In this document: positions 54,207-62,429 of the stretch, piece after piece
How positions within the stretch are numbered: position 1 is the first letter of the stretch
Layout of the letters: every line of letters begins with the position of its first letter
Sequence record: NC_017972.1
Reading direction: 5' to 3' (one strand)
DNA: 64,000 bases
Notes under the pieces: generated by a model
The model's input: the letters and a program-made list of their open reading frames with translations, nothing else
What the model was told of the DNA's origin: nothing
Databases searched by the model: none
Program-made: the position numbers and the translations under genes

Positions 54207-55191
54207 CTGCTCGGGTGTCCTTTAAGCGCGGGTCTTGTGAAATTTGAACGCGGAAATCTCGCAGGATTTCTTCGTATTTGTCTTCGTATGTAGACAGCGC
54301 CGATTGCACTGCCCGTTCCGTGCCGTGTTCCTTACGCAGCGCCAAGTCAGCGTCGTGTAAGAAATCCATATAGGGAACGCTCCTCTCGAAACCGTTAACG
54401 TAGATCAGGTGCAGGCCAACTTCGTCAAAATAAACCTTGGCAACTTCCCACGCGGCGTAGCGGATGAATTGGTCGCGCTCGCTGCCCGTATGCCCAAAGC
54501 TGAAACGCTCGCGATGGTTAATTACTTGGTGCGCCTTTGCATAGGCTTCGCCTCGCGGCACAGGCTCTGCATAATCCTCGGGGAACATCAGGCGATACGT
54601 GCGAATAATGCCTTTCGTGTGGCAGTGAATTGCCGTCATGAGTTTGGAGCACACGTCGGCGGTTTCTACGTCGGGATAATTCCTCAGAAATTCTTTGAGA
54701 AACGCCACAAGTTCCCGGCTGGTGCCACGCAGCAAAAGCGAACCGTGCGTTTTGTCAGGATAACCGATGCAACCGGGCGCCTTTGCTTTCAGGTTCGGGA
54801 AAATGTCGTACATGTGCTCGACATTGGAACCGAACATTGTAGGCCTGCCGGTACTCAGGTCCACGCAAATCTCGCGCATGATATTGCGCAATTTGATACC
54901 GGGCGACAGTATCGCATTGGCGTGTTTGATCGAAGCGAACTCAGCCAGAACGTGTTCACATTCTCGCTTCACTTTATCGCCATAATGCTCTGCGAACATT
55001 TGCACAAAAGCTTCGCATTCATCGTAGCCGCCAGAAATGCAGAACGTGTGCTCACCGCCGTTGTGCGGGTAGCCAGAACAACCGGGCGCTAAGTCACGCA
55101 TTGCACGATTGGAATAATACATGTGCCCAACGCACTTACCGAATTCCGTGTGTTGCCCGTAACTCAAATCAATGAAATATCTGCGGTCCAT
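54199..55191 (-). CDS. hypothetical protein with internal duplication
   Basis: PGCSGYP...FAEHYGD and PGCIGYP...FLRNYPD repeats. Confidence 0.75.
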   Translation of the reverse strand: MDRRYFIDLSYGQHTEFGKCVGHMYYSNRAMRDLAPGCSGYPHNGGEHTFCISGGYDECEAFVQMFAEHYGDKVKRECEHVLAEFASIKHANAILSPGIKLRNIMREICVDLSTGRPTMFGSNVEHMYDIFPNLKAKAPGCIGYPDKTHGSLLLRGTSRELVAFLKEFLRNYPDVETADVCSKLMTAIHCHTKGIIRTYRLMFPEDYAEPVPRGEAYAKAHQVINHRERFSFGHTGSERDQFIRYAAWEVAKVYFDEVGLHLIYVNGFERSVPYMDFLHDADLALRKEHGTERAVQSALSTYEDKYEEILRDFRVQISQDPRLKDTRADG

Positions 55192-55200
55192 CGTGCGTCC

Positions 55201-55701
55201 TCAAATCAAAACGATTTTGTCTTCATCTGCCAGCACAACGCCGTGGTGTAACTCGGCCCACATTTCGGCATAGTGCATTACACATTTACAGAAATTCATC
55301 GGTGCGCGGTTACGCAACAAACCGGGCGGGTTTTCCGTAGGACCGGATTCACCAAAGGCGCCTTGAATTTCGATACTGCCGTCTGCGCCCCAGCCTTGAT
55401 GAAAGTCCACGCGAAGGCCCATATAAGCCGCTACAGCGACGGCAGCGTTTGCATCGGTGTACGGATCGAATTCAGCACGCAAACGCTCAGGGCGTTGCGG
55501 TAGGGGCTGATACAGGCCGCTAACGCATTTGCCTTTGCCCATTGCGCTAAGGCCTACGTCTTCATAACCCAGCAGGCGGGCAAACAGCGCGCTTACCGGG
55601 TGTACCTTTTCCGTGCGAACAATCGTAAAGACGCTGGCGTGATCGGTGCGCGAACTGGTTTTAATCGGCGCAGGAGGTTTGTGCATGTATTTGCTCGTCA
55701 T
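55201..55701 (-). CDS. hypothetical protein (166 aa)
   Basis: ORF track. Confidence 0.7.
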   Translation of the reverse strand: MTSKYMHKPPAPIKTSSRTDHASVFTIVRTEKVHPVSALFARLLGYEDVGLSAMGKGKCVSGLYQPLPQRPERLRAEFDPYTDANAAVAVAAYMGLRVDFHQGWGADGSIEIQGAFGESGPTENPPGLLRNRAPMNFCKCVMHYAEMWAELHHGVVLADEDKIVLI

Positions 55702-56077
55702 CTTTCGTCTCTACCAAAATTGTTTTTTCACGAACCATACGCAACATGCGCGGCTCGCCTTTACTACCGACCACAACGTACCCTAGCGATTCGTAAAGCT
55801 GGCGCGCTTCGGTGTTGTATTCGTAAACGTGCAAAGAGCTGCGCCCTTTACCGGATGCGGTGCCCAACAGCAGCCGTGCAATTCCTTGACGGCGGTAAGG
55901 CTCCAAAATAAATAAATCGTGAATGACTACGCACTGCTTTGTTTTGTATGCGGTCACGCCGCCAGCGTATAGAAAACAACCGCTGCCATCGTCCGCAAAA
56001 ACTTCGTAGCGGTGGCGCTTGAAAAGAGCATGATGCGTGAGGCGCAAAGTCAGCGCGCCCAAAGTAACAATTGCCAT
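55661..56077 (-). CDS. GNAT acetyltransferase, RimI-like
   Basis: IHDLFILEPYRRQGIARLLL; LHVYEYNTEARQLYESLGY. Confidence 0.9.
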   Translation of the reverse strand: MAIVTLGALTLRLTHHALFKRHRYEVFADDGSGCFLYAGGVTAYKTKQCVVIHDLFILEPYRRQGIARLLLGTASGKGRSSLHVYEYNTEARQLYESLGYVVVGSKGEPRMLRMVREKTILVETKDDEQIHAQTSCAD

Positions 56078-56102
56078 TTGTTAACGTCCTAGTTTCACTC
56101 AG

Positions 56103-56126
56103 ATGCGCACTCAAAAGAATGCGCAT
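56103..56126 (-). repeat. GCATTC/GAGTGC hairpin family, copy B
   Basis: ATGCGCATTC-tttt-GAGTGCGCAT. Confidence 0.65.
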
Positions 56127-56131
56127 GAAAG

Positions 56132-56524
56132 TTAACGAGCCAGACAGGTAATGTCGTAAGGCAGCAGGTACAGGCGCACAGGCTCAGGCAAGCCCGGTGC
56201 GAATACTTCCGCGAATTCAGGCAAGGCCATTGCATCGCGCAAATCGCGTGCGGTGCTCAGCAGCGTTACCATGCCTTCCAGCGCTTCAAGGTCGTTACCC
56301 CGCACGCTGGTTTCGACGGTGCGCACCAGATCATCGCAGGCAGCTTCGATCAGGTTGCGGAAATCGTAGGCCGCAACGGAAATAATTTCCCTGAAATCGC
56401 GCTGCCAGAATTTGTCCTTGCAGTGCTTGCCGATGCCGGTGGCCGCTGCGCTGGAAAAACTGATATTCAGGTAACGGTTTTTGAGGCAGACGAAAACGTC
56501 ATTGCCGGTGTGTCCAGTAGTCAT
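56132..56524 (-). CDS. hypothetical protein (130 aa)
   Basis: ORF track. Confidence 0.7.
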   Translation of the reverse strand: MTTGHTGNDVFVCLKNRYLNISFSSAAATGIGKHCKDKFWQRDFREIISVAAYDFRNLIEAACDDLVRTVETSVRGNDLEALEGMVTLLSTARDLRDAMALPEFAEVFAPGLPEPVRLYLLPYDITCLAR

Positions 56525-56790
56525 TATTTCTCTACCAATTTATTGATTTTGATTTTGGTGCGAACGTAAAGCGGATTCAGCACCGCCCAATAGACAATCG
56601 CGCTACCCGCTGCGCCGTATATGTACCACTCCACCAGCCCATAGTCCGGGTCAACGTCCACAAACGGACGTATTATGAAAATGGCTGCAATCCCGGCGAC
56701 CAGTGAAAGGGCATTAATCACAACCACGGTGCAGATAACGAACAGAACCCACTTACATGTAATTAACAGTTTTCTTTTCATGGTCAGCAC
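56524..56790 (-). CDS. two-TM membrane protein
   Basis: Hydrophobicity pattern. Confidence 0.72.
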   Translation of the reverse strand: MLTMKRKLLITCKWVLFVICTVVVINALSLVAGIAAIFIIRPFVDVDPDYGLVEWYIYGAAGSAIVYWAVLNPLYVRTKIKINKLVEK

Positions 56791-57131
56791 GCGTCAAACT
56801 CTTCGCGGTCTTCAACCAGCAACTCGACTTGCGTGTCGTGGTGCAGGCCAACGCGCAAAAGCTTATCGCGCAGAATGTTTATCAGCATACCGGCCTGAAA
56901 AACCTGAATGCGTTCTGGTATCTGCTCGCGCTTAACCAGCTCTTCCAGCAATTCGTCCTCGGCGTTATCCAGCGCCGTTTGGAATTCATGCAGCGCCATC
57001 GGCTGTGATTTCGTGCCCACGGTCAGCATCAGCGGGCGATTGGACGAATCGACAAATTTTTGCACCAGCAGATACTGCTCAACGGTCCATTCTGCCAGCA
57101 GAGTGTCGCCTTTCAAAAGCTGCATTACCAA
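56784..57131 (-). CDS. hypothetical protein (115 aa)
   Basis: ORF track. Confidence 0.7.
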   Translation of the reverse strand: MVMQLLKGDTLLAEWTVEQYLLVQKFVDSSNRPLMLTVGTKSQPMALHEFQTALDNAEDELLEELVKREQIPERIQVFQAGMLINILRDKLLRVGLHHDTQVELLVEDREEFDAC

Positions 57132-58111
57132 TCCTTAAATACAGAGTAATCGTCAGGGTTAAACGTGTTTTTGGTATTGAGTACCAATTGTTTCAGGCTG
57201 TCCCGGTCGAGTGTAGTGGAAAGCAAGTCAATAATGGCATTCCGTTTCCGCATCGGCTGCATTTTATTCAAGGTTTCCAGATCGGCAGCTTTTTGCAGGA
57301 AGCGATTCCAATCGTCAGAGTGCAGCGCCAGATTAAACAGCGCCACAAGTCCGGGCATGGAAACGTAGGAAAGCGTATCAGCAATAACGTCCCAAATTTC
57401 CAACCGTGCTTTGTCTTCGTCGGGACGCAAAGGCTGCTCGTAGTCTACCGAGTGGAATTGTTCCAAACGCGCAGCGTGCGATTGCGCATCGCTAGGGCCG
57501 ATTTCGACAGGAATACATTCCTTCGCCGGTTCCACAAACGAATCATCCAAAAATTCGCGGTAGGAATCGCGGTGCTGGTTGATCAGCTCCGGGTCGGTAA
57601 TGAACGCATTGAACGTGTCGTCGGAGAACGTCACGCCCAGCTGCTCGGCAATGCGCGCTAGGGTAGGCTCCGGGTCTTTGCCGTTATGCAGCGCGCAGAG
57701 GCTCACAGCGGCCTTTGCAACGCGCCGTAAGCGCAGGTCGATACAATCCGACAGCCACACGCCTAAACCTTCGTCAGGGTCCGTGTATTGCTCAGAAAAC
57801 GGCTGGCAAAGGTTATTGCCCCATGCGGTTGCAGCCAAGCGCTCGATGGTGGTACGCGCCCCGATGTTGTGCGAGTGCAAAAGAACACGGCCCGCACCTT
57901 CTGGCGTAACTGCGCAGTAATGCACGCCGTTAAAGAATTCGCCAAGCTCGACAATGACGACCGCAACAGAGCGACCGGATTTCGCAGACTTTACGGTAAG
58001 CACGGCGCCCGACGAACCGTAAGAAACCGTTTTGTTGCCTTTGAGTGCTTTTGCTACGCGGCTAACAAGATGCACCGCATCGGCGTGCGACAGCGACAGT
58101 TTTAAGCTCAT
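57125..58111 (-). CDS. hypothetical protein (328 aa)
   Basis: ORF track. Confidence 0.75.
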   Translation of the reverse strand: MSLKLSLSHADAVHLVSRVAKALKGNKTVSYGSSGAVLTVKSAKSGRSVAVVIVELGEFFNGVHYCAVTPEGAGRVLLHSHNIGARTTIERLAATAWGNNLCQPFSEQYTDPDEGLGVWLSDCIDLRLRRVAKAAVSLCALHNGKDPEPTLARIAEQLGVTFSDDTFNAFITDPELINQHRDSYREFLDDSFVEPAKECIPVEIGPSDAQSHAARLEQFHSVDYEQPLRPDEDKARLEIWDVIADTLSYVSMPGLVALFNLALHSDDWNRFLQKAADLETLNKMQPMRKRNAIIDLLSTTLDRDSLKQLVLNTKNTFNPDDYSVFKDW

Positions 58112-58120
58112 GGTTTTTCC

Positions 58121-58315
58121 TCAGAGACTGCCGACCAGTTTGGCCGACAAAGCGGGAACGAAAATATCTTGATCCAGATTGCAGTAGCCGCAACGCACGC
58201 GCCACAGCGGCGGCATGGTGTGCAGTGGTTTGAAATCTTTTTCTTCGCCTTGGCAAGTGGCGCCGCATTTCGAGCAAGTGAAAATCAGCGGCGGTGCCGA
58301 CAATACTTTGACCAT
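58121..58315 (-). CDS. small Zn-ribbon protein
   Basis: FTCSKCG...RCGYC. Confidence 0.72.
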   Translation of the reverse strand: MVKVLSAPPLIFTCSKCGATCQGEEKDFKPLHTMPPLWRVRCGYCNLDQDIFVPALSAKLVGSL

Positions 58316-58344
58316 TTTATTTCCCTCCTATCAAACGTCACTGC

Positions 58345-58370
58345 AATAGGCACTCTCGCGAATGCCTATT
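58345..58370 (-). repeat. GCATTC/GAGTGC hairpin family, copy C
   Basis: AATAGGCATTC-gcga-GAGTGCCTATT. Confidence 0.65.
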
Positions 58371-58379
58371 AAAGCTGGT

Positions 58380-59105
58380 TTAAGCTTCGGGTTTTTCCGC
58401 TGGTTTTTCTACCGAGTCGCACCAGTACATCATGTCGTTCCACGTATGACGCAGCAGGTAGTAAACCGGCTCCACCATATCAGCAGGCGTTACCGATTGA
58501 ACGGCCTGCAAAAGCGTCAGGCGGTAAAACTGATTTGTATCGAAAATGCCGTACAGATATGCGTGCGGCGCGTTCGCTTCTCTTGCGGCTTCGGCTTCGG
58601 CCTCTTTCTCGATGCGCATTTGCTCGCACGCTTCTTTGTCGAAAGAGTTTTCATGCGCGGCAGCAGAGGCACGCACCCACGCGGCGAGCTGCGCAGCAAT
58701 AGCCGGGGATTTCATCAGCGGTTCTGGCGAGGTTTCGGTCGGCGCTACGGTTTCTTCTCCCAGTTCGTAAGCTTTTCTGAGTTCTTCTTTTTCAGCCTCG
58801 CTGGCAGGGCGCGTAACGCGGGTGACGGTCAGTTCCATCATTTGGTGCCAGTCAGGGTCAGCAACGGCCTTTTCGCAGTAGGCGATAATGTCACCAATGG
58901 TTTCCCATTCCTGCATCACGTCTTCGGGAATTTCGATGCAGAATTCGCCTTCCAGAATAAGGGTAATTTCGGCACGATCCGTTTCGTCGGCAAGCACGGA
59001 TTCCAACGAAGAGGCGACAAAGATATGCTCGCGCATTTCGTCCGTCACGGTGCAGATGGTGTCGAAAACCTGATTGGCGAGTTTTTTGATAGTGATAGTT
59101 GGCAT
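58380..59105 (-). CDS. N-terminal ACP-like domain lacking the Ppant Ser (Ser to Glu), fused to an unknown helical domain
   Basis: SSLESVLADETDRAEITLILEGEFCIEIPEDVMQEWETIGDIIAYC; codon GAA checked in the DNA. Confidence 0.78.
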   Translation of the reverse strand: MPTITIKKLANQVFDTICTVTDEMREHIFVASSLESVLADETDRAEITLILEGEFCIEIPEDVMQEWETIGDIIAYCEKAVADPDWHQMMELTVTRVTRPASEAEKEELRKAYELGEETVAPTETSPEPLMKSPAIAAQLAAWVRASAAAHENSFDKEACEQMRIEKEAEAEAAREANAPHAYLYGIFDTNQFYRLTLLQAVQSVTPADMVEPVYYLLRHTWNDMMYWCDSVEKPAEKPEA

Positions 59106-59130
59106 TTGTTCGATTCCTTGAAATGGGTTA

Positions 59131-59148
59131 GGGGCGCCGTAGCGCCCC
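59131..59148 (-). other. intergenic C(UACG)G stem-loop
   Basis: GGGGCGC-TACG-GCGCCCC. Confidence 0.6.
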
Positions 59149-59155
59149 AGTGGGA

Positions 59156-59587
59156 TTAGTTGCGGAACTGGCCGTCAGGGTGGCAGAAGTCGTAAATGGT
59201 ACGCTTCACGCCATTATCTTCGACCTTGCGCGCCCGACGAATTTTGTACGGGTCCAGCGCGTAAACAAAATTGTCCACGCGGAATTCAATGCGGCACCAC
59301 GGCGCGCTGTTGTATTCTTCCCACGCGACCAGTGCATCGCGCAGGCTGGCGAAGTCGTCGCAGTAATCGCAATCCTCGCCGTCTTCGGTGAGTTTACCGG
59401 CTGCAACGCCGTAGATGAAAATTTCACCTTCCAGCTTTTCCAGCTCTTCGGCACCCATCAGGCCGGTGCGTTTTGCCAGCGAGATTTGCGCCCGATACAT
59501 TTCCGTTTCGGTAATCAAACCTTGTTGGAACTGGCCGATCAGCTCAGCCGATTCAGGGCAGGGGAAAGCGATTTTGAATTGGGTCAT
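59156..59587 (-). CDS. hypothetical protein (143 aa)
   Basis: ORF track. Confidence 0.72.
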   Translation of the reverse strand: MTQFKIAFPCPESAELIGQFQQGLITETEMYRAQISLAKRTGLMGAEELEKLEGEIFIYGVAAGKLTEDGEDCDYCDDFASLRDALVAWEEYNSAPWCRIEFRVDNFVYALDPYKIRRARKVEDNGVKRTIYDFCHPDGQFRN

Positions 59588-59640
59588 TTTTCTTCCTCGG
59601 TGTTATCGTCGTTTTGCGTCAAAAGGTTTTTCTACCGACA

Positions 59641-59661
59641 AACCCCGCACTAGGCGGGGTT
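59641..59661 (-). terminator. probable intrinsic terminator
   Basis: AACCCCGC-CTAGT-GCGGGGTT followed by TGTC. Confidence 0.55.
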
Positions 59662-59671
59662 CTGATTGTCG

Positions 59672-59827
59672 TTAGAGGGCGTTGATTTCTTCCTCGGTCA
59701 GCACTGGCGTTCCGGGGAAACGTTCTTTCATGTACTGCTCATACTCTTCGCGGAGGATCAAACCGCAAGCGCGGAAACCGGCGTAGTCTTGAGCGGTGAA
59801 ACCGAGGTGGCAGCGTTGTGCGTTCAT
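59672..59827 (-). CDS. small hypothetical protein (51 aa)
   Basis: ATG 59827 lies downstream of the promoter; ORF-track start 59899 lies within it. Confidence 0.55.
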   Translation of the reverse strand: MNAQRCHLGFTAQDYAGFRACGLILREEYEQYMKERFPGTPVLTEEEINAL

Positions 59828-59889
59828 CGTAAACTTCCCTAATGGCGTGAGTGTTAATCTATCAGGCACGCTTTGCCCGATTCGCCAGC

Positions 59890-59918
59890 AGGTTATCAAA
59901 CGCCCTACCGCCTGTCAA
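59890..59918 (-). promoter_or_regulatory. sigma70-type promoter TTGACA-N17-TAACCT
   Basis: Perfect -35 overlapping the TGA stop of 59915 gene; 17-nt spacer. Confidence 0.65.
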
Positions 59919-60595
59919 CCCTCATACAGCATAGGCCGCTCAGGCTCCACCTTGAACGTCAGCACGTCGCGGTTAATCCATACGCCGTTAAGCGCTGCTA
60001 GGTATTCAATCGCGTTGTGCTTGCCGTCGATCATATGGCGCGGGTACATGACTGCAACAGAATCAATTCCCTTTCCATAATATTGCACGGTGCGCAGAAG
60101 GCGAACCAAAGTCAGACCGAGCAAAGTTTCCATTCCGGCAGATTCTGGATGCAACGCCAGAAAAGAATGCTGCTTGCCGTCCTGCATGATTGTGGAAACA
60201 AAACAATCCATCGTCTCGCGAACCTTCAAATCAGGATCGGCATAAGAAACGTCGAGGCGAATAATTGTCTGGTTACGTTCCAGCGCATAACCGAGCTGTG
60301 TCAGCCAGCGGGAATTTCCGGTGACGTGGTTTTTGGTGCCTTCCCGGTACGAATAGGAAATGTCCGGCTTGCGCAGCGTTACGGTGTAATCCAGCTGGAA
60401 AATGTAAGCGCGCCAGATATGACGCAGGCATTTCTTCCAGATTGGCCCGGTCGGCAAATCTAATACCTTTGCCGCTTTGACGTGGTGGCGGAAAGCGTAG
60501 ATCGCGCCGAGAAACCAAAGCGGATTCGGCAGCACGTAGCGGAAAACCAGAATCAGCACAGCGAGCGACAGCGCGATAATAAGCACGGTAGTCAT
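59915..60595 (-). CDS. membrane-anchored hypothetical protein
   Basis: MTTVLIIALSLAVLILVF TM start. Confidence 0.72.
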   Translation of the reverse strand: MTTVLIIALSLAVLILVFRYVLPNPLWFLGAIYAFRHHVKAAKVLDLPTGPIWKKCLRHIWRAYIFQLDYTVTLRKPDISYSYREGTKNHVTGNSRWLTQLGYALERNQTIIRLDVSYADPDLKVRETMDCFVSTIMQDGKQHSFLALHPESAGMETLLGLTLVRLLRTVQYYGKGIDSVAVMYPRHMIDGKHNAIEYLAALNGVWINRDVLTFKVEPERPMLYEG

Positions 60596-60596
60596 T

Positions 60597-60854
60597 TTAT
60601 TTCTCCCCAGCGGCGTTACGCTTGAATGGCTTGCGTTTGTCTTCGGCTTCAAACCACGCCAGCAGTTCGGAGCGTTTGTATAGAGTCGCTTTCTTTTTAC
60701 CGCCGCGTGCCATCATCGGGCGACCAAAACCGCCAGCAGGCGCGCAAGGCTGCGGCGCGTCTGCGCAATTGGCGTAACGTGATTGCAACGTGGTGCGCGC
60801 TACTTTTTTATTGTCGGCCAGATCAGCCATAGACCAGCAAGGTTCGTGTGCCAT
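60597..60854 (-). CDS. AlpA/excisionase-like winged-HTH protein
   Basis: SMADLADNKKVARTTLQSR...P.......LYKRSELLAW. Confidence 0.65.
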   Translation of the reverse strand: MAHEPCWSMADLADNKKVARTTLQSRYANCADAPQPCAPAGGFGRPMMARGGKKKATLYKRSELLAWFEAEDKRKPFKRNAAGEK

Positions 60855-60901
60855 TTTGTTTCTACTCCAATTGAATTAGTTTGCGTTCTGTTTCATCCAG
60901 T

Positions 60902-60923
60902 TGCGCACTCGCTAGAATGCGCA
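60902..60923 (-). repeat. GCATTC/GAGTGC hairpin family, copy D
   Basis: TGCGCATTC-tagc-GAGTGCGCA. Confidence 0.65.
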
Positions 60924-60930
60924 GCCGTGA

Positions 60931-61215
60931 TTATTTCAGAAGCCAGCTTTTATCGTTCGTCCAGACCGTGCCGTGCTCGACAAGCTGCTTGTGCATTTCC
61001 TCGGTAATGATGCACACCTTCGGCGGGCCGTCCACGTAACTGAATTCCTGATAGGAACCGGCAGCTTTAATTTTTTCTGCGCGGGCGTTGAATGCTTCCT
61101 CGGTCAGCGCGATTAGGTATCCGTCGAAGCGCGAACCCCAACCGGCCTCGGATTCCGTTACCGTGTTGTAAAAAGCGGTGAATTGTTTTTCAGCGGTGTT
61201 TACTTTGTTGTCCAT
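60931..61215 (-). CDS. hypothetical protein (94 aa)
   Basis: ORF track. Confidence 0.72.
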   Translation of the reverse strand: MDNKVNTAEKQFTAFYNTVTESEAGWGSRFDGYLIALTEEAFNARAEKIKAAGSYQEFSYVDGPPKVCIITEEMHKQLVEHGTVWTNDKSWLLK

Positions 61216-61218
61216 CGC

Positions 61219-61731
61219 TCAAACCTCGGAGTCTGCATCTGTTGCTTTTCGGTATGTCGGGTAGTCCATGCGCATTTTCGGATTGCTGATTGTGAACATC
61301 GCATAGTCGTTCAAGACGTTCAGGTGCGAAGCAACCGCGTCCATGTTTATTTTAGGAATGAGGCCCATGCGCGGCCAGTGGCATTCGTCTTCTGCGAAAA
61401 TCTCAACGTTACCTGCAAAGTAGAATTCGTTTTCCATGATCGCCTGCGCCATGAGGCGTTCCTTGTGGCTCAGAGCGGCAGGCGCCAGATAAAACATACG
61501 CAGCATTTTAATTGCTGGCACTTCGCCCTGTTCGGCGTAGCCTACGGCAGTTGTCAAAGGAATGAGTCCCATGCAGCCGTCCACACAACGCTCGGTAGCT
61601 GCGCGCTCCACCATACCAGAAATAATTGCCGTTTCCGTGGTATTGTCGAGGTTGGATAACGCGACTATATAGCGCTTGTGCTCGGGGGTAACGCGCAGAT
61701 GAATAATGCTGCTTTTGGCTCGGTTTGCCAT
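61219..61731 (-). CDS. protein with N-terminal ribbon-helix-helix-like motif
   Basis: KSSIIHLRVTPEHKRYIVALS...TETAIISGMV. Confidence 0.65.
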   Translation of the reverse strand: MANRAKSSIIHLRVTPEHKRYIVALSNLDNTTETAIISGMVERAATERCVDGCMGLIPLTTAVGYAEQGEVPAIKMLRMFYLAPAALSHKERLMAQAIMENEFYFAGNVEIFAEDECHWPRMGLIPKINMDAVASHLNVLNDYAMFTISNPKMRMDYPTYRKATDADSEV

Positions 61732-61735
61732 TTCC

Positions 61736-61942
61736 TCAGTCCTCGTTTAATTCCGCAAAGCGGGTTTGTAGCGCTGCGCTCAAATTGGCTTCCAGCGTTC
61801 CCGGCTGGCTCTTGGCGTCTGCATCGAAATCGCCAACCTGCGATTCCACATAGCGCCACTCAGAAATCAGCTCGCGGAGTGTGTAGCTATTCCAGCGAGC
61901 GCGTAGGGTTTTCAACAGAACCGGACTCAAAACGATAGCCAT
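61736..61942 (-). CDS. hypothetical protein (68 aa)
   Basis: ORF track; GGAG leader. Confidence 0.68.
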   Translation of the reverse strand: MAIVLSPVLLKTLRARWNSYTLRELISEWRYVESQVGDFDADAKSQPGTLEANLSAALQTRFAELNED

Positions 61943-61950
61943 TATTTTTG

Positions 61951-62368
61951 CTCCCGTTGTAATCCCAATGTGCGGCAGTGATTACTTCTTTTTGTTGGCG
62001 CGGGCTTCTTTGATCGAATTGGCGCGGTTGAAATCCTTTTCAAAGCTCCAGCGGAAAATGCCGTACCATCCCGCTACGTTGTTGGTGACTCGCGTTACGC
62101 TGCCGTTCATCAAACCCCAAAACGGCAGGTCGATCAGCACGGCGCGCACAAAGCGTTTAAACACACGCCAGAAAGAAACGCCGCACTTGTAGAAAATCAC
62201 CACTTCCCAAAGGCCGTGGCTCAGGCCGCGCAGCAGCGGGCGCATAGCGATTGCGGTCATGATCGGCAGCACGACAAAACCAGTGATAAGGCACGCGGCG
62301 ATATACCAATCAGGGAACCACGACATAAAAGTGTTAATCATTTTGAATCTCCTGTTGTAATCCCAATG
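61951..62368. repeat. 20-nt direct repeat pair flanking one gene
   Basis: CTCCCGTTGTAATCCCAATG (61951..61970) and CTCCTGTTGTAATCCCAATG (62349..62368); each paired with CAGTGATTA (61976..61984, 62390..62398). Confidence 0.8.
61982..62341 (-). CDS. membrane protein (119 aa)
   Basis: TM segments; start MINTF after the repeat's GGAG. Confidence 0.72.
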   Translation of the reverse strand: MINTFMSWFPDWYIAACLITGFVVLPIMTAIAMRPLLRGLSHGLWEVVIFYKCGVSFWRVFKRFVRAVLIDLPFWGLMNGSVTRVTNNVAGWYGIFRWSFEKDFNRANSIKEARANKKK

Positions 62369-62389
62369 CGCACTCCATCGAATGCGCAT
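62366..62389 (-). repeat. GCATTC/GAGTGC hairpin family, copy E
   Basis: ATGCGCATTC-gatg-GAGTGCGCAT. Confidence 0.65.
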
Positions 62390-62429
62390 CAGTGATTAGC
62401 TCAGTTTCTTTTTAAGCACGATCACACCG

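Noticed and set aside
56090-56130. Hammerhead ribozyme (hairpin followed by CTGAGTGAAAC)
   Set aside because: No CUGANGA core, no stem II and no matching stem III/NUH site; other copies lack CUGA
45496-59105. Functional ACP or fatty-acid/polyketide synthesis genes
   Set aside because: Both ACP-like domains lack the Ppant Ser, and no synthase or PPTase genes are present
60597-60854. Prophage excision module implied by the excisionase-like HTH
   Set aside because: No integrase or att site in the window; AlpA-like HTHs are common stand-alone regulators
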